64,000 bases of DNA, taken from contig CAWFJA010000015.1 of NCBI GenBank assembly GCA_963816025.1, positions 17,254 to 81,253 on the forward strand. The letters run 5' to 3'. Under the pieces are notes generated by a model that saw only the letters and a program-made list of their open reading frames with translations, had not been told where the DNA came from and searched no databases. Both the position numbers and the translations under genes were made by a program. Source of the stretch: Terriglobia bacterium (GTDB taxonomy: Bacteria > Acidobacteriota > Terriglobia > Terriglobales > Acidobacteriaceae). Positions 40,230 through 49,507 of the stretch are shown here, one piece after another (within the stretch, counting starts at the first letter, position 1; every line of letters begins with the position of its first letter).

Positions 40230-41488
40230 CCAGACCAAGCTCGTCACGGTGTTCAATCGTGCAGCGGGACCCCAGGTCCCACCATCCATCTCTTCGGGAC
40301 TTGCTCCCATGATTCGCACTTCGATCTCCCTGCTTCTCAGGGAGGCAGGCTGCCCACTCAAACGGTCGGTTTCTGCTGCTCGACCACAGAATGACTCGGG
40401 CTCACCTGCATGACGGCCTGACATAGTTGCGCGTACGTCCAGTCTTCGCGCAACATCAGGTACAACCTCGTGGCCAACTTTCTGGCCACTGCCACTTTGG
40501 CCAGCCGCGATGTTTGCGCGCCGCCAGGCGGCGATAGAAGCGTTTCAACTCGGGTCGAAACGCGCCGCCGACTGGCCCGCTTCCACCAGCAAAAAGCGCA
40601 GAAACGAACTGCCCTGTTTGCTGATCCTGCCCAGCCGCTGTTTCCCGCCGCTGGATTCCTCACTCGGGATCAGCCCGAAATAACTGCCCACTTGCTTGGC
40701 CGATCCGAATCGTTCCGCCGGCCCCAAGGTCAGCACCATCGCCAACGCCGTCACCGGACCCACGCCCGGATGCGTCATCAGCTTCACCGCTTCCGGCCGC
40801 CGCTGCGCTTCTTCCGCTACTCGCCGGTCCAACTCGACGATCTCCGCTTCCAGTTCGTCAAGCGATTCCAGCAACTGCTTTCGCCGCTCGCGGCGTAGGG
40901 CAGCAAGGCCAACTTCTCCAACTCCTCGCGCCCTGCTTGCGTCCACAGCTTGCGTTTTTTCTGCACTCCCTGGCTCAGCGCCATGGCCTGCAGCTGGTTC
41001 TTGGTTCGCGTCCGCGCCTGCACTTGCTTGTGCCGATGCACCAGCAACTGCCGCACGTCGCGCACTTCCAGGCTCGGCACCCAGATCCGCGGAAACCGGT
41101 CTTCGAACAGCAGATGCAGCAGGTGCTCGGCATCCCGCCGATCGGTCTTTTGCTTGCGCACCACCTTCGCCCGGATCTTCGCCGCATCGCCCAGCCACAA
41201 CTCGAATCCCAACTCCGCCAGCAACCGCTCGAACCACGGATAGTGCCCGCACGCCTCCATCCCCACCCGCACCTCCTGGCCCGCCAGCGCGCGGTAGAAC
41301 TGCTCCGCCTCGTCGCGGTGCTGCAACCGCTTTTCTTGAATCTCTCCCGTTCGGTTGTCAAAGATCGCGACCTGCTGAAACCCAGGATGAAAATCACAGC
41401 CTATAATCAGCATGACGTTGGCTCCTCTCACGAGCCTTGGTCTGTTTTGTCACAACCAATCTACTCCTGCGATGAGCCAACGTCGTTA
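40230..41488 (-). mobile_element. decayed IS110-family insertion sequence (ends not determinable)
   Basis: Contains the broken transposase. IS110 elements lack classical terminal IRs, so the boundaries given are approximate. It abuts a family-A-like repeat at 41489. Confidence 0.45.
40358..41413 (-). pseudogene. IS110-family transposase gene with three frameshifts
   Basis: AGGAG then ATG 41413. The DEDD N-domain (MLIIGCDFHPGF...MEACGHY) is in ORF 40817..41431. The Transposase_20-like part (LMTHPGVGPVTALAMV...GKQRLGRISKQGSSFLR) is in 40545..41252. ELKRFYRRLAAR is in a third frame, and the tail AKVAVARKLATRLYLML is in 40358..40663. Confidence 0.85.
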
Positions 41489-41636
41489 TGCAATCAAGCG
41501 GAGCTGAACGTTTCGCTTGCGAAACGTCCAGCGCAGTCGAAGGATCCCTATAAGCGAACCAGTCCGCGGCTCGGGTTAGTGTCCCTCGAATTGCTCTCAC
41601 CGCACCCGCGCGGCTCGATCTGCCCTCGGGACGACA
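41489..41636 (+). repeat. degenerate family-A-like MITE copy (A4)
   Basis: Hairpin GAACGTTTCGCTTGCGAAACGTC, core AGTCGAAGGATCCCT ... GTGTCCCTCGAATTGC and end CTCGGGACGACA, in the same order as A1-A3. Confidence 0.5.
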
Positions 41637-41655
41637 TTTCGCAAGAGCTGAACTC

Positions 41656-43470
41656 TTACCCGCGTTTAACCGCTGCCGCGGCAGGGAACTGCACGGTGCG
41701 CACCATGCCTTCGCCTTCCTTCACAAAAATCAGCTGGTTGGGCTTGATGTCTTTCAGCGTATCCACTTGCCCGCTGGGCCAGCGGATTTCGAGCAATTGC
41801 ACTTTGTCGGCTTTGCCCAGTCCGAAATGAACTCGCAGATCGTTCTGCGAGAAGTATCCTCCGCCGCTGCGCACTTCATCAATCTGCGAATGTGGATTGG
41901 TTTCACCCGCCGATTGGGTCACGCAGCGCAGGCGGGCGCCGATCCCGCTGCGGTTTGATTTGGTGCCGATGGTTCGCACTTTGATCCAGTTGTTGCCGGG
42001 AGCCAGATCGCAGCGCAGCAGCTGCGGAAAGTCATTCACCGTATTCACCACCACATCCAGATCGCCGTCGTTGTCGAAATCTCCGAACGCGCATCCCCGC
42101 GACGCCGCGGGCACGGAGATGCCGGGCCCCGCCTGCATGGAAACATCCTCAAACCTTCCCGTCCGCAGGTTGCGATAGAGCAGCTTACGCTGCGCATAAC
42201 CCGCCTCGGTCTTAAGTTGCTCGACTTCAGGATAGACGTGGCCGTTGCAGATCAGAATGTCGGGCCAGCCGTCGTTGTCCATGTCAAAAAATCCGCACCC
42301 CCATCCCAGATATTGGGTGTGCGCGCCCAGTCCGGCGATGAAAGTAGTGTCTTCAAAATTGCTGTCGCCCAGGTTGTGGTAGAGCGAAGGCGTGTCACCG
42401 GCGAAGTTGGTCTTTACGATATCCAGTTTGCCGTCCATATCGTAATCCGCCGCCGACACTCCCATGCCCGCCTGCGGCTTGCCATCCGGACTGAGCGCGC
42501 AGCCGGCCTCCAGAGCGATGTCCACAAACTTTCCATTCTTCTTGTTCTGATAGAGCGCGCTGGCCGTGGAATCGTTGGCGACATAGATATCCGGCCAGCC
42601 GTCATTGTCAAAGTCAGCGGTCAAGACTCCGAGGCCGAAAGTTCCGTTGGCCTGCAGAATTCCCGAGGTTTCGGAGACATCGGTGAATGTGCCGTCTCCA
42701 TTGTTATGGTAGAGAACGTTCTTTCCACCTTTGAGGCCGGGCGGACCGCACGCCACCATCACACTCTTGTACAGGCACGGCCCCGATTCCGGAACGGGCG
42801 CCGTCGCCAGATCGAGGTCAATGTAGTTGGCGACGAACAGGTCGAGTTTGCCGTCGCGGTCGTAGTCCACAAAGGCGCAGCCGGTGTTCCAGCGCTTGCC
42901 ATTTCCTGCGACCCCGGCCTTTTCGCTGACGTCGGAAAAACTGCCGTTGCCGTTGTTGTGAAAGAGAACGTTCTTTCCGAAATAGGTGACGAACAAATCT
43001 TCGAAACCATCATTGTCGTAGTCGCCGACGCAGACGCCCTGTCCCCAACCTGAATGCGCCACCCCGGCCTGGGCGGTGACGTCGGTGAAGGTGCCGTCCC
43101 GATTATTCTTGAACAGATGCGTCGTCGGTTCCTGTCCGGAAGGGAAGCCTTCCAGGCGCCAGCCGTTGACCAGAAAAATATCCAGCCAGCCGTCGTTGTC
43201 ATAGTCGTAAAAAGCGACGCCGCAACCCGTGGTCTCGAGCAGATATTTGTTCTTGTGTTCGCCGCCGTAGATCGTCTTGGCATTCAGGCCGGACTCGCGC
43301 GCCACGTTGATAAAACTCAGACCCAGGCCAACTCTGGGTTTTTCCGGATCTTCAGCCGGGAAAAATGCGCGCGACCGGAGCGGCCGGGCCAGCGCCAGAA
43401 CACTATCCAGGGACAGCACGATCGCCGATTTGCTGAGGGACCGAAGAAACGTACGGCGTGAAGGAGACAA
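41656..43470 (-). CDS. CRTAC1/ASPIC-UnbV family protein with FG-GAP/VCBS repeats, Tat signal
   Basis: 604 aa. MSPSRRTFLRSL twin-arginine motif, repeated DYDNDGW.DI motifs and a C-terminal UnbV_ASPIC-like segment. Confidence 0.85.
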   Translation of the reverse strand: MSPSRRTFLRSLSKSAIVLSLDSVLALARPLRSRAFFPAEDPEKPRVGLGLSFINVARESGLNAKTIYGGEHKNKYLLETTGCGVAFYDYDNDGWLDIFLVNGWRLEGFPSGQEPTTHLFKNNRDGTFTDVTAQAGVAHSGWGQGVCVGDYDNDGFEDLFVTYFGKNVLFHNNGNGSFSDVSEKAGVAGNGKRWNTGCAFVDYDRDGKLDLFVANYIDLDLATAPVPESGPCLYKSVMVACGPPGLKGGKNVLYHNNGDGTFTDVSETSGILQANGTFGLGVLTADFDNDGWPDIYVANDSTASALYQNKKNGKFVDIALEAGCALSPDGKPQAGMGVSAADYDMDGKLDIVKTNFAGDTPSLYHNLGDSNFEDTTFIAGLGAHTQYLGWGCGFFDMDNDGWPDILICNGHVYPEVEQLKTEAGYAQRKLLYRNLRTGRFEDVSMQAGPGISVPAASRGCAFGDFDNDGDLDVVVNTVNDFPQLLRCDLAPGNNWIKVRTIGTKSNRSGIGARLRCVTQSAGETNPHSQIDEVRSGGGYFSQNDLRVHFGLGKADKVQLLEIRWPSGQVDTLKDIKPNQLIFVKEGEGMVRTVQFPAAAAVKRG

Positions 43471-43559
43471 AAGGGCGGTACCTTCCCGAAGTTGGCGAGT
43501 TAGAATTCGCCCCTACTTTATTCAGTGCATCGCGACTTTGCAAGGTTGACACGCTCTCG

Positions 43560-43873
43560 CGTACTCGCAACGCCTGGCGTACTTGAAGGTGGAGCTTTTG
43601 CCGCAAAGGCCGGATGGCCCACAGTGAGTACGTTGCTTTGAGCGAAGATCGGCATGCCCTCCCACCTGCGGCGCTACGAGGACGAGGCGGTGCTGGTCGT
43701 GCTGAATAGGTCAGGGACGGAGCAATGATAAGCTTCGATCTGTCGAAACAAGAATTTTCCGGCGCCAAGGTTACAACCCTTCTCACCACTCTGGCTTCAA
43801 AGCCCCGGGACGAACCGCTGTCGCAGTTCACACTGGAGTCATTTGCGGTCTACATCGCGCAGGTTTCGAAATA
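43560..43873 (+). pseudogene. remnant of the C-terminal end of a GH13 alpha-amylase-like gene
   Basis: Fragments are readable only across frames and stops: ..SEYVALSEDRH.., ..RRYEDEAVLVVLNRSGTEQ**, then ISFDLSKQEFSGAKVTTLLTTLASKP..FTLESFAVYIAQV. No N-terminal part is present. Confidence 0.4.
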
Positions 43874-43897
43874 GGCGGAGGTGCGAATTGCCAGAAG

Positions 43898-44017
43898 CCA
43901 CGTGGGGACAGCCACATCCGACGCTGTCCGGCGAAGCTGTGCTACGCTAATTTCGCTTTCGGCAAAGCAGTCGAGCTTCGCTCGGCCGGACAGGTGAAGG
44001 TAGCTGTCCCCACGTGG
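43898..44017. repeat. 120-nt nested palindrome (CCACGTGGGGACAGC ... GCTGTCCCCACGTGG)
   Basis: Perfect 15-nt outer inverted repeat (43898-43912 / 44003-44017) plus an inner pairing (GCTGTCCGGCGAAGC / GCTTCGCTCGGCCGGACAG). Ends 54 nt upstream of tRNA-Lys. Confidence 0.8.
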
Positions 44018-44071
44018 TTCGTGGCGGTGCGGGTCAAACAAACCTTCGCCTATGTTAAATTGGAAGAAAGT

Positions 44072-44147
44072 GGGCGCGTAGCTCAGTTGGCAGAGCAATG
44101 CCCTTTTAAGGCATGGGTCGATGGTTCGAGTCCATCCGCGCTCACCA
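44072..44147 (+). tRNA. tRNA-Lys (anticodon TTT), CCA encoded
   Basis: Cloverleaf folded by hand. Acceptor is GGGCGCG/CGCGCTC, D-arm GCTCAGTTGGCAGAGC, anticodon stem ATGCC/GGCAT with loop CTTTTAA, T-arm GGTTCGAGTCC. Confidence 0.9.
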
Positions 44148-44409
44148 CGTATCAATCTTCTGGAATTCGAGTATCTCCGCGCCTGTTCGTCCCATCGGCC
44201 AATTTTCTAGGTACCGGAGTTGTGCCCACCCTACTGGGAAACGGGCATCACGGGCGGAGGAAAAATAACTCTTGGAAGGCTTCCGCCGATGCGAAGCGTA
44301 GTGAAGTGGCATGCGAAACTGATAGAGGGCGTCTCGGCGCACGTCTAAGCTGTAGCCATGAAATGCCCGCAGCCATGACAGACTGTATTTTTCAGAGAAG
44401 GGATGAATT

Positions 44410-45498
44410 ATGCCCCTGCTTAAACACGGTGCCACCGGGTTAGCTATTCTCTCATTCACTCTGGCCATCGCCGGCTGCGGCGGTACCGCCAAATCAACTT
44501 CGCCGGCGACTACGTTGTCCGCGCGCTACAGCTTCACCCTTTTGCCGCCTTTGCCCGGAGGATCAGACTCCCAGGCACTGGTCATCAACAGCAGCGGCGT
44601 GACTGCCGGATTTTCAACTGTGAACGGACTGCCCGAAGCCACGGAATGGATGAATGCGACCCCGGTAGATCTGGGGCCGGGATATGTTCTGGCTATCAAT
44701 GACTCGGGAGCCTTGGCGGGGCTGGTCGTCGGCGCCGACGGCCACAATGAGGCGGCACATTGGGACAGCGGCTCCCAGGTATCTACCATCATTCCAACTC
44801 CTTCCGGTTTCGACTCAAGCCTGGCTACCGGCATAGACGCGGACGGGACGGTCACCGGAACCGCTTTCAACAGCTTCGACGTCTCGCAGATGGAAGGATT
44901 TGTGTGGACGGCCGCGGGCGGCCTGGTTCCTGTACCTCAACTCCTGGAGTCGTTCGCCATTAATGGCGGCGTGCTGGCGGGGCTGGCGCCAAACTTCAAT
45001 GCCGCGACTGTGAGCGTCGCTTCGATGACGCCTACCGACCTCGGTGTGAGGGGAGACGCGCTGGCCCTGAACAGTCAGGGAGACGTTGTTGGCTTTACCA
45101 ATGGCAATACTACCCAGGTGTTCGTGTGGCAGAAGGGGCAGCTTACCCTGCTCGGGACGGGTAATACCTCCCTCAGTACAGCCCTCGGGATCAACAGCGC
45201 GGGCGTTATTGTCGGATATCTGGAGCAGCCTGAGGGAAACGTGAGAGCGTCCAGAAGGGATACGAAGGTGGGAATGCAGCGAATACTAAACCCGACGATC
45301 GGAGGAAATGTATTCGCCATGGGTTGGACGAAACAGGAAGGATTTGTACAGCTCGCCAATCGCGTGTCATCCGCCGGCAGCTGGGCGCTCAACTACGCAG
45401 ACGGAATCAATGACAGCGGCCAGATTGTCGGGACAGCCAGCCACACCCTGGGAGACGGAACCGTGAAGACGACCGGATTCTTGCTCGGGCCACAGTGA
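44410..45498 (+). CDS. lipoprotein with HAF-type extracellular repeats
   Basis: Lipobox LAIAGC. Repeated A(L/I)(G)IN(D/S)SG.(I/V)VG motifs (ALAINDSGALAG, ALGINSAGVIVGY, GINDSGQIVGTA). Confidence 0.6.
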   Translation: MPLLKHGATGLAILSFTLAIAGCGGTAKSTSPATTLSARYSFTLLPPLPGGSDSQALVINSSGVTAGFSTVNGLPEATEWMNATPVDLGPGYVLAINDSGALAGLVVGADGHNEAAHWDSGSQVSTIIPTPSGFDSSLATGIDADGTVTGTAFNSFDVSQMEGFVWTAAGGLVPVPQLLESFAINGGVLAGLAPNFNAATVSVASMTPTDLGVRGDALALNSQGDVVGFTNGNTTQVFVWQKGQLTLLGTGNTSLSTALGINSAGVIVGYLEQPEGNVRASRRDTKVGMQRILNPTIGGNVFAMGWTKQEGFVQLANRVSSAGSWALNYADGINDSGQIVGTASHTLGDGTVKTTGFLLGPQ

Positions 45499-45590
45499 GG
45501 CGAGGCGGTAACCTGGCGAGATCGTGACCTGCGATCGGACCAATCTGATAAGATCGACGGCGAAAAGCGGACGGGAGAACCCGATCGAAT

Positions 45591-46748
45591 ATGCTGAATC
45601 GCCGCAGCTTCCTCATCGCCACTGGACTTACCGCACTCGCCTCCACCCGGGCGCTCGGCGCCAACGATACCCTTCGCGTCGGAGTCATTGGAGCCGGCGG
45701 CCGAATGGGCAACCTGCTCGACGCCGCGGACAAAGTCGCTCCGTACCAGATTGTGGCCGTGAGCGACGTGTATGCGCCGCACCGCGATGCGGTCAGGCAA
45801 CGGTCGAACGGGGTTGCCACGACCCACTTGGATTATCGTGAAGTGCTGGCCCAGGACATCGATGCCGTGTTCATCGCCTCTCCGGACCATTGGCATGTTC
45901 GCATGGCGGTCGATGCCCTGGCAGCCGGCAAAGATGTTTATCTGGAAAAGCCCGTCACCCACACCATGGAGGAAGGCGCCACGCTGACCCGCGCGGTCCG
46001 TTCCAGCAAACAGATTCTGCAATGCGGCATGCAGCAGCGCAGCTGGACGCACTTTCGCGATGCCGTCGATCTGATCCAGGGAGGCAGTCTCGGGCGCGTC
46101 ACCCAGGTGAGAACGTATTGGTGGCAAAACTATCAGCGCAACTGGGTGCCCAAACCCATTGATGCGCAGGCGCTCGATTGGAAGCTTTGGCTCGGGTCGG
46201 CTCCGGACCAGCCCTTCAGCGAGGAGAAATATAACCACTGGCGTTGGTTTTGGAATTTCGGCGGCGGCGCCATGACCGATTTATTCACCCACTGGATCGA
46301 CGTGGTGCACTGGGCCATGAAATCCGACCAGGCACGTGAGGCCCAGATGCTCGGGGACAAATATGTTTTCGAGCAGTGGGATTGTCCTGACACCATTCAG
46401 GCGGCCTTCCGCTATCCCGGGTTTGATGTGGTGTATGAAGGCATGATGAGTTCCTCCATCGACGGCGGCGGACTGGAGTTCCGCGGGACGGAAGCCACCT
46501 TGAAGCTCGATCGCGAAGGCTTCGCGGTTTATCGCGAAGGCGTGCCAAAGGGGCAGAATCCGGTGCTCAACGAACACAGCTTCCGCGACGGCACCATCTC
46601 CCACATGGAAAATTTCTTCGAGTGCGTCAAGACCCGCAAAGAGCCGACCGCGCCCGTGGAGACCGGCGTGGCCGCCGCCCGTGCCGGCCACTTCGGCAAC
46701 TTGGCCTACCACCACGGCGGCCAGAGTGCATGGCCACCCAAGGCCTAG
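45591..46748 (+). CDS. Gfo/Idh/MocA family oxidoreductase, Tat-exported
   Basis: MLNRRSFLIATG twin-arginine signal. Rossmann motif VGVIGAGGRMG. Confidence 0.85.
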   Translation: MLNRRSFLIATGLTALASTRALGANDTLRVGVIGAGGRMGNLLDAADKVAPYQIVAVSDVYAPHRDAVRQRSNGVATTHLDYREVLAQDIDAVFIASPDHWHVRMAVDALAAGKDVYLEKPVTHTMEEGATLTRAVRSSKQILQCGMQQRSWTHFRDAVDLIQGGSLGRVTQVRTYWWQNYQRNWVPKPIDAQALDWKLWLGSAPDQPFSEEKYNHWRWFWNFGGGAMTDLFTHWIDVVHWAMKSDQAREAQMLGDKYVFEQWDCPDTIQAAFRYPGFDVVYEGMMSSSIDGGGLEFRGTEATLKLDREGFAVYREGVPKGQNPVLNEHSFRDGTISHMENFFECVKTRKEPTAPVETGVAAARAGHFGNLAYHHGGQSAWPPKA

Positions 46749-46784
46749 GAATGAGCCAGCGGTTGTTTCAAATCAGAAGGGGTT

Positions 46785-46886
46785 GCCCCGTCCAGGCTCT
46801 GCTTGGGCGGGGATTTTGATTTTTGACTGGGCATCGGACATTTCGCGGGCAGCGAAGACCCCGCCCAAGCGAAGCTTGGACAGGGC
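46785..46886. repeat. REP-like inverted pair (GCCCCGTCCAGGCT..CTTGGGCGGGG units)
   Basis: 46785-46812 and the inverted unit 46859-46886. Located between convergent genes, so a potential bidirectional terminator. Confidence 0.7.
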
Positions 46887-46915
46887 ACCCAAGGTAACGG
46901 ACGAAAAGGACGTAT

Positions 46916-47683
46916 CTACTGGCCCTCGCCCAGCTCGCGAATCCAAATATTGCGGAAGCGCACCGGGTTGCCGTGGTCCTGCAGACTGAGCGGCAGTTTC
47001 TCAGGCGTCGGTTTGTAGGGAGGCCGCTGGTGGTGTTCGGTGGGACCCGACAACTCCACGTTGTCCTGTACCAGCACTCCATTGTGCAGCACGGTCACCC
47101 GCGCCGGGCGCAATACTTTGCCATCTTTGTCAAAGCGCGGACCGTGAAAAATGATGTCATACGTCTGCCATTGTCCGGGCGCCCGTGAGGCATTCACCTG
47201 CGGCGGAAATTGCCCATACACCGCCGAGGCCTGGCCGTCGGCGTAGGTTTTGCTCTGATACGAGTCCAGCACCTGGACTTCGTAAAGGCCCATCAGAAAC
47301 ACGCCACTATTGCCGCGTCCCTGATCTTCACCCACAGGAGGCGCCGGCTCCGCGAACTCCACGTGCAATTGGCAGTCGCCGAACGGCTGGCGTGTATGGA
47401 TAAGGCCGCTATGGGGCACCACTTCCATGTAACCATCCGCTACCTTCCACTTTGCCGCCTGGCCATCCTGGCCCACCCACTGGGAAAGATCCTTGCCATC
47501 GAACAGCACGACGGCATCGGAGGGAGGACGTCCCGGCATATCCTGCGTGCTCGCCGTCCCCGACACAATCACGGGCGGCAACGGACGGTCCGGATCGTTT
47601 GGCTTCCAGCGCGGATCCACCTGCGCCATGGAAAACTGCGCCACGCAGACCGCGAATGCCAGTACACAGAAAATCGCTCTCAT
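46916..47683 (-). CDS. DUF1080 (3-keto-disaccharide hydrolase-like) secreted protein
   Basis: ATG 47683 gives a signal peptide. Family-typical blocks are NSGVFLMG.YEVQVLD and a C-terminal ..VRFRNIWIREL. Confidence 0.85.
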   Translation of the reverse strand: MRAIFCVLAFAVCVAQFSMAQVDPRWKPNDPDRPLPPVIVSGTASTQDMPGRPPSDAVVLFDGKDLSQWVGQDGQAAKWKVADGYMEVVPHSGLIHTRQPFGDCQLHVEFAEPAPPVGEDQGRGNSGVFLMGLYEVQVLDSYQSKTYADGQASAVYGQFPPQVNASRAPGQWQTYDIIFHGPRFDKDGKVLRPARVTVLHNGVLVQDNVELSGPTEHHQRPPYKPTPEKLPLSLQDHGNPVRFRNIWIRELGEGQ

Positions 47684-47790
47684 CGGCAGATACCTCGCTG
47701 CCCAAGATACACGAAAAGCGCAGCCCTGCGATGGACTCATGCCGCGATGTCCGCCCATGTCAACTCTCAGGAACCAGGGGGCGTCGTGAA

Positions 47791-47929
47791 GTTTGCGCGA
47801 AAACAATCCCACCCCTTGTCATTCCTTGCCATTCCGAAGCCAGGTTTATCGGCGAGGAATCTGCTTGCTGCCAGAGCAAAACACCAGATTCCTCGCACGA
47901 CCATACCGCGCTGCGAAATCACAATCCTT
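47791..47929 (+). repeat. MITE-like element, family B, copy B2
   Basis: Aligns with B1 (38118-38245) and carries an 11-nt internal duplication (CATTCCTTGCCATTCC). Confidence 0.8.
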
Positions 47930-48107
47930 TACAACCATGGTTTTCGATCTGCCTCGAGGCCCCCCTCCCCCCAGTGAAACCGGGTCAATCTGCGCGTCCG
48001 AGCTGGGGACGAAATTTGTTATCATGGCGGCTCACTCGGCTATTAAGGTCCTGCTGGATCCATAGAAGCCCCCGAGATCAACAAAAATTCTGAGTTGAGG
48101 AAATATC

Positions 48108-48803
48108 ATGAAGAAAACAATTTTGGGTTTTGGTTTGTTGGCCATCCTGGCGTTGCCGGCAATGAGCCAACAGAAGGAAGCGGAGCGGGTCGCCAATGCG
48201 GGAACCGTTATGAAGGAGATCATGGATATTCCGGATGACATTCCGCAGGATGTAATCGACAAGGCGGATTGTGTTGTGGTTTTGCCGTCGGTGCTGAAAC
48301 TTGCCTTCGGGATTGGAGGCAGCTATGGCCGGGGAGTGATGACCTGCCGCAGCGGCAAGACTTTCCATGGCGCATGGAGCGCCCCTACGATGATGGCGCT
48401 GGAAGGCGCCAGCTTCGGATTGCAGTTGGGCGGCCAGGCGACGGACTTCGTGCTGTTGTTGATGAGTCCGAAATCGGCGTCCAGCATCCTCGAAAGCAAG
48501 GTGAAGCTGGGGGGCGATGTTTCGGCGGCCGCCGGGCCGGTGGGCCGGAATGCCTCGGCCGAGACTGACGTTACCCTGCGAGCGGAAATCCTCTCTTACT
48601 CTCGTGCCCGAGGGCTGTTCGCGGGCATATCGCTTTCGGGGTCAACCCTTCGTCCTGACAATGACGCCAACAAGCGGCTTTATGGCAAAGAGGTAAGCGC
48701 AAAGGACATCGTATTTAACCGGGCCGTCCCCGCTCCCAAGTCTGCGCGACTCCTGCTGGCCACTCTAGCCAAGAAGTCTCCCAAAAACCTGGCAAAAAAC
48801 TAG
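48108..48803 (+). CDS. SYLF (Ysc84/DUF500) lipid-binding domain protein, secreted
   Basis: 231 aa with a signal peptide. SYLF blocks are CVVVLPSV.K.AFGIGGSYGRGV and SYSRARGLFAGISLSGS. Confidence 0.8.
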   Translation: MKKTILGFGLLAILALPAMSQQKEAERVANAGTVMKEIMDIPDDIPQDVIDKADCVVVLPSVLKLAFGIGGSYGRGVMTCRSGKTFHGAWSAPTMMALEGASFGLQLGGQATDFVLLLMSPKSASSILESKVKLGGDVSAAAGPVGRNASAETDVTLRAEILSYSRARGLFAGISLSGSTLRPDNDANKRLYGKEVSAKDIVFNRAVPAPKSARLLLATLAKKSPKNLAKN

Positions 48804-48841
48804 CGCTGGCGGCTCGACCGCGCAATCCGAATCGAGGGGAG

Positions 48842-48901
48842 CGCCTGGCCTGGGGCCTGAAAACACAATCTCTTGTGCATTCAGTGCACCCAGGCCAGGC
48901 G
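48842..48901. repeat. 13-bp perfect-stem hairpin between convergent genes
   Basis: CGCCTGGCCTGGG (48842-48854) pairs with CCCAGGCCAGGCG (48889-48901). Confidence 0.5.
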
Positions 48902-48950
48902 TTCCTGACTAGGCGAATTTCACCCAATTTGTCCAACGGACGGGAACGGC

Positions 48951-49349
48951 TTAGTTCAATCCGTACAAGCTGACCGTGGGGCGCCTCTCCCACCTGTCCT
49001 TGCCATACCAAAGATCTAGGCTTCTGATGACCCGCCGCCGCCCCGGGAGATCAATGACGCGGGTCTGCCCGCCGTCGGGAATGCGAGCCCGGATGGGAAT
49101 TTCTTCCTTCTCGCCATTGCCGTAGCGGACAATGACGCGCTCAAAATTAATGGCGCCGCCGCTGATTCGCAATTGGATGGCATGGTAGCCTCCGGCCGAC
49201 CTGCCCACTTTAATGCTGTCATGGTCTTGTCCGCCGTCCACGTGGGCCTCCCCGAGAAATTCCCAGCGCCCCATTTGGGCGCTCAGGCCGGTGCCGAAGG
49301 CAAGGACAAATACAAAGCCAATCGCCCATTTAACACGGTTGGTTAGCAT
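48951..49349 (-). CDS. secreted hypothetical protein (132 aa)
   Basis: ATG 49349 gives the signal peptide MLTNRVKWAIGFVFVLAFGTGLSAQ. Confidence 0.55.
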   Translation of the reverse strand: MLTNRVKWAIGFVFVLAFGTGLSAQMGRWEFLGEAHVDGGQDHDSIKVGRSAGGYHAIQLRISGGAINFERVIVRYGNGEKEEIPIRARIPDGGQTRVIDLPGRRRVIRSLDLWYGKDRWERRPTVSLYGLN

Positions 49350-49507
49350 CTTTCTTTCCTTTCTAAGCTGCAAAACTCTTTGCCGAAGTCGTGACGATCC
49401 GGAATCCAATCGTCATGAAATCCTCAAAATCTTATTCTGGCCTACTTGGGGAACTCAAGATAATTCAATGCGCCCAGGCCGGGTCTGATCCCGATCCGGC
49501 AATGCCA

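Noticed and set aside
40358-41413. Programmed ribosomal frameshifting in the IS110 transposase
   Set aside because: IS110-family transposases are single-ORF proteins. There are three separate shifts here and no slippery heptamer, so decay or error is the simpler reading.
43850-44443. ORFs 43850..44155 (-) and 43994..44443 (+)
   Set aside because: They overlap the tRNA-Lys gene and the palindrome, and they have no coding features.
44148-45600. Genomic island integrated at tRNA-Lys
   Set aside because: There is no integrase gene, no visible direct repeat of the tRNA 3-prime end downstream, and the flanking genes look like ordinary chromosomal content.
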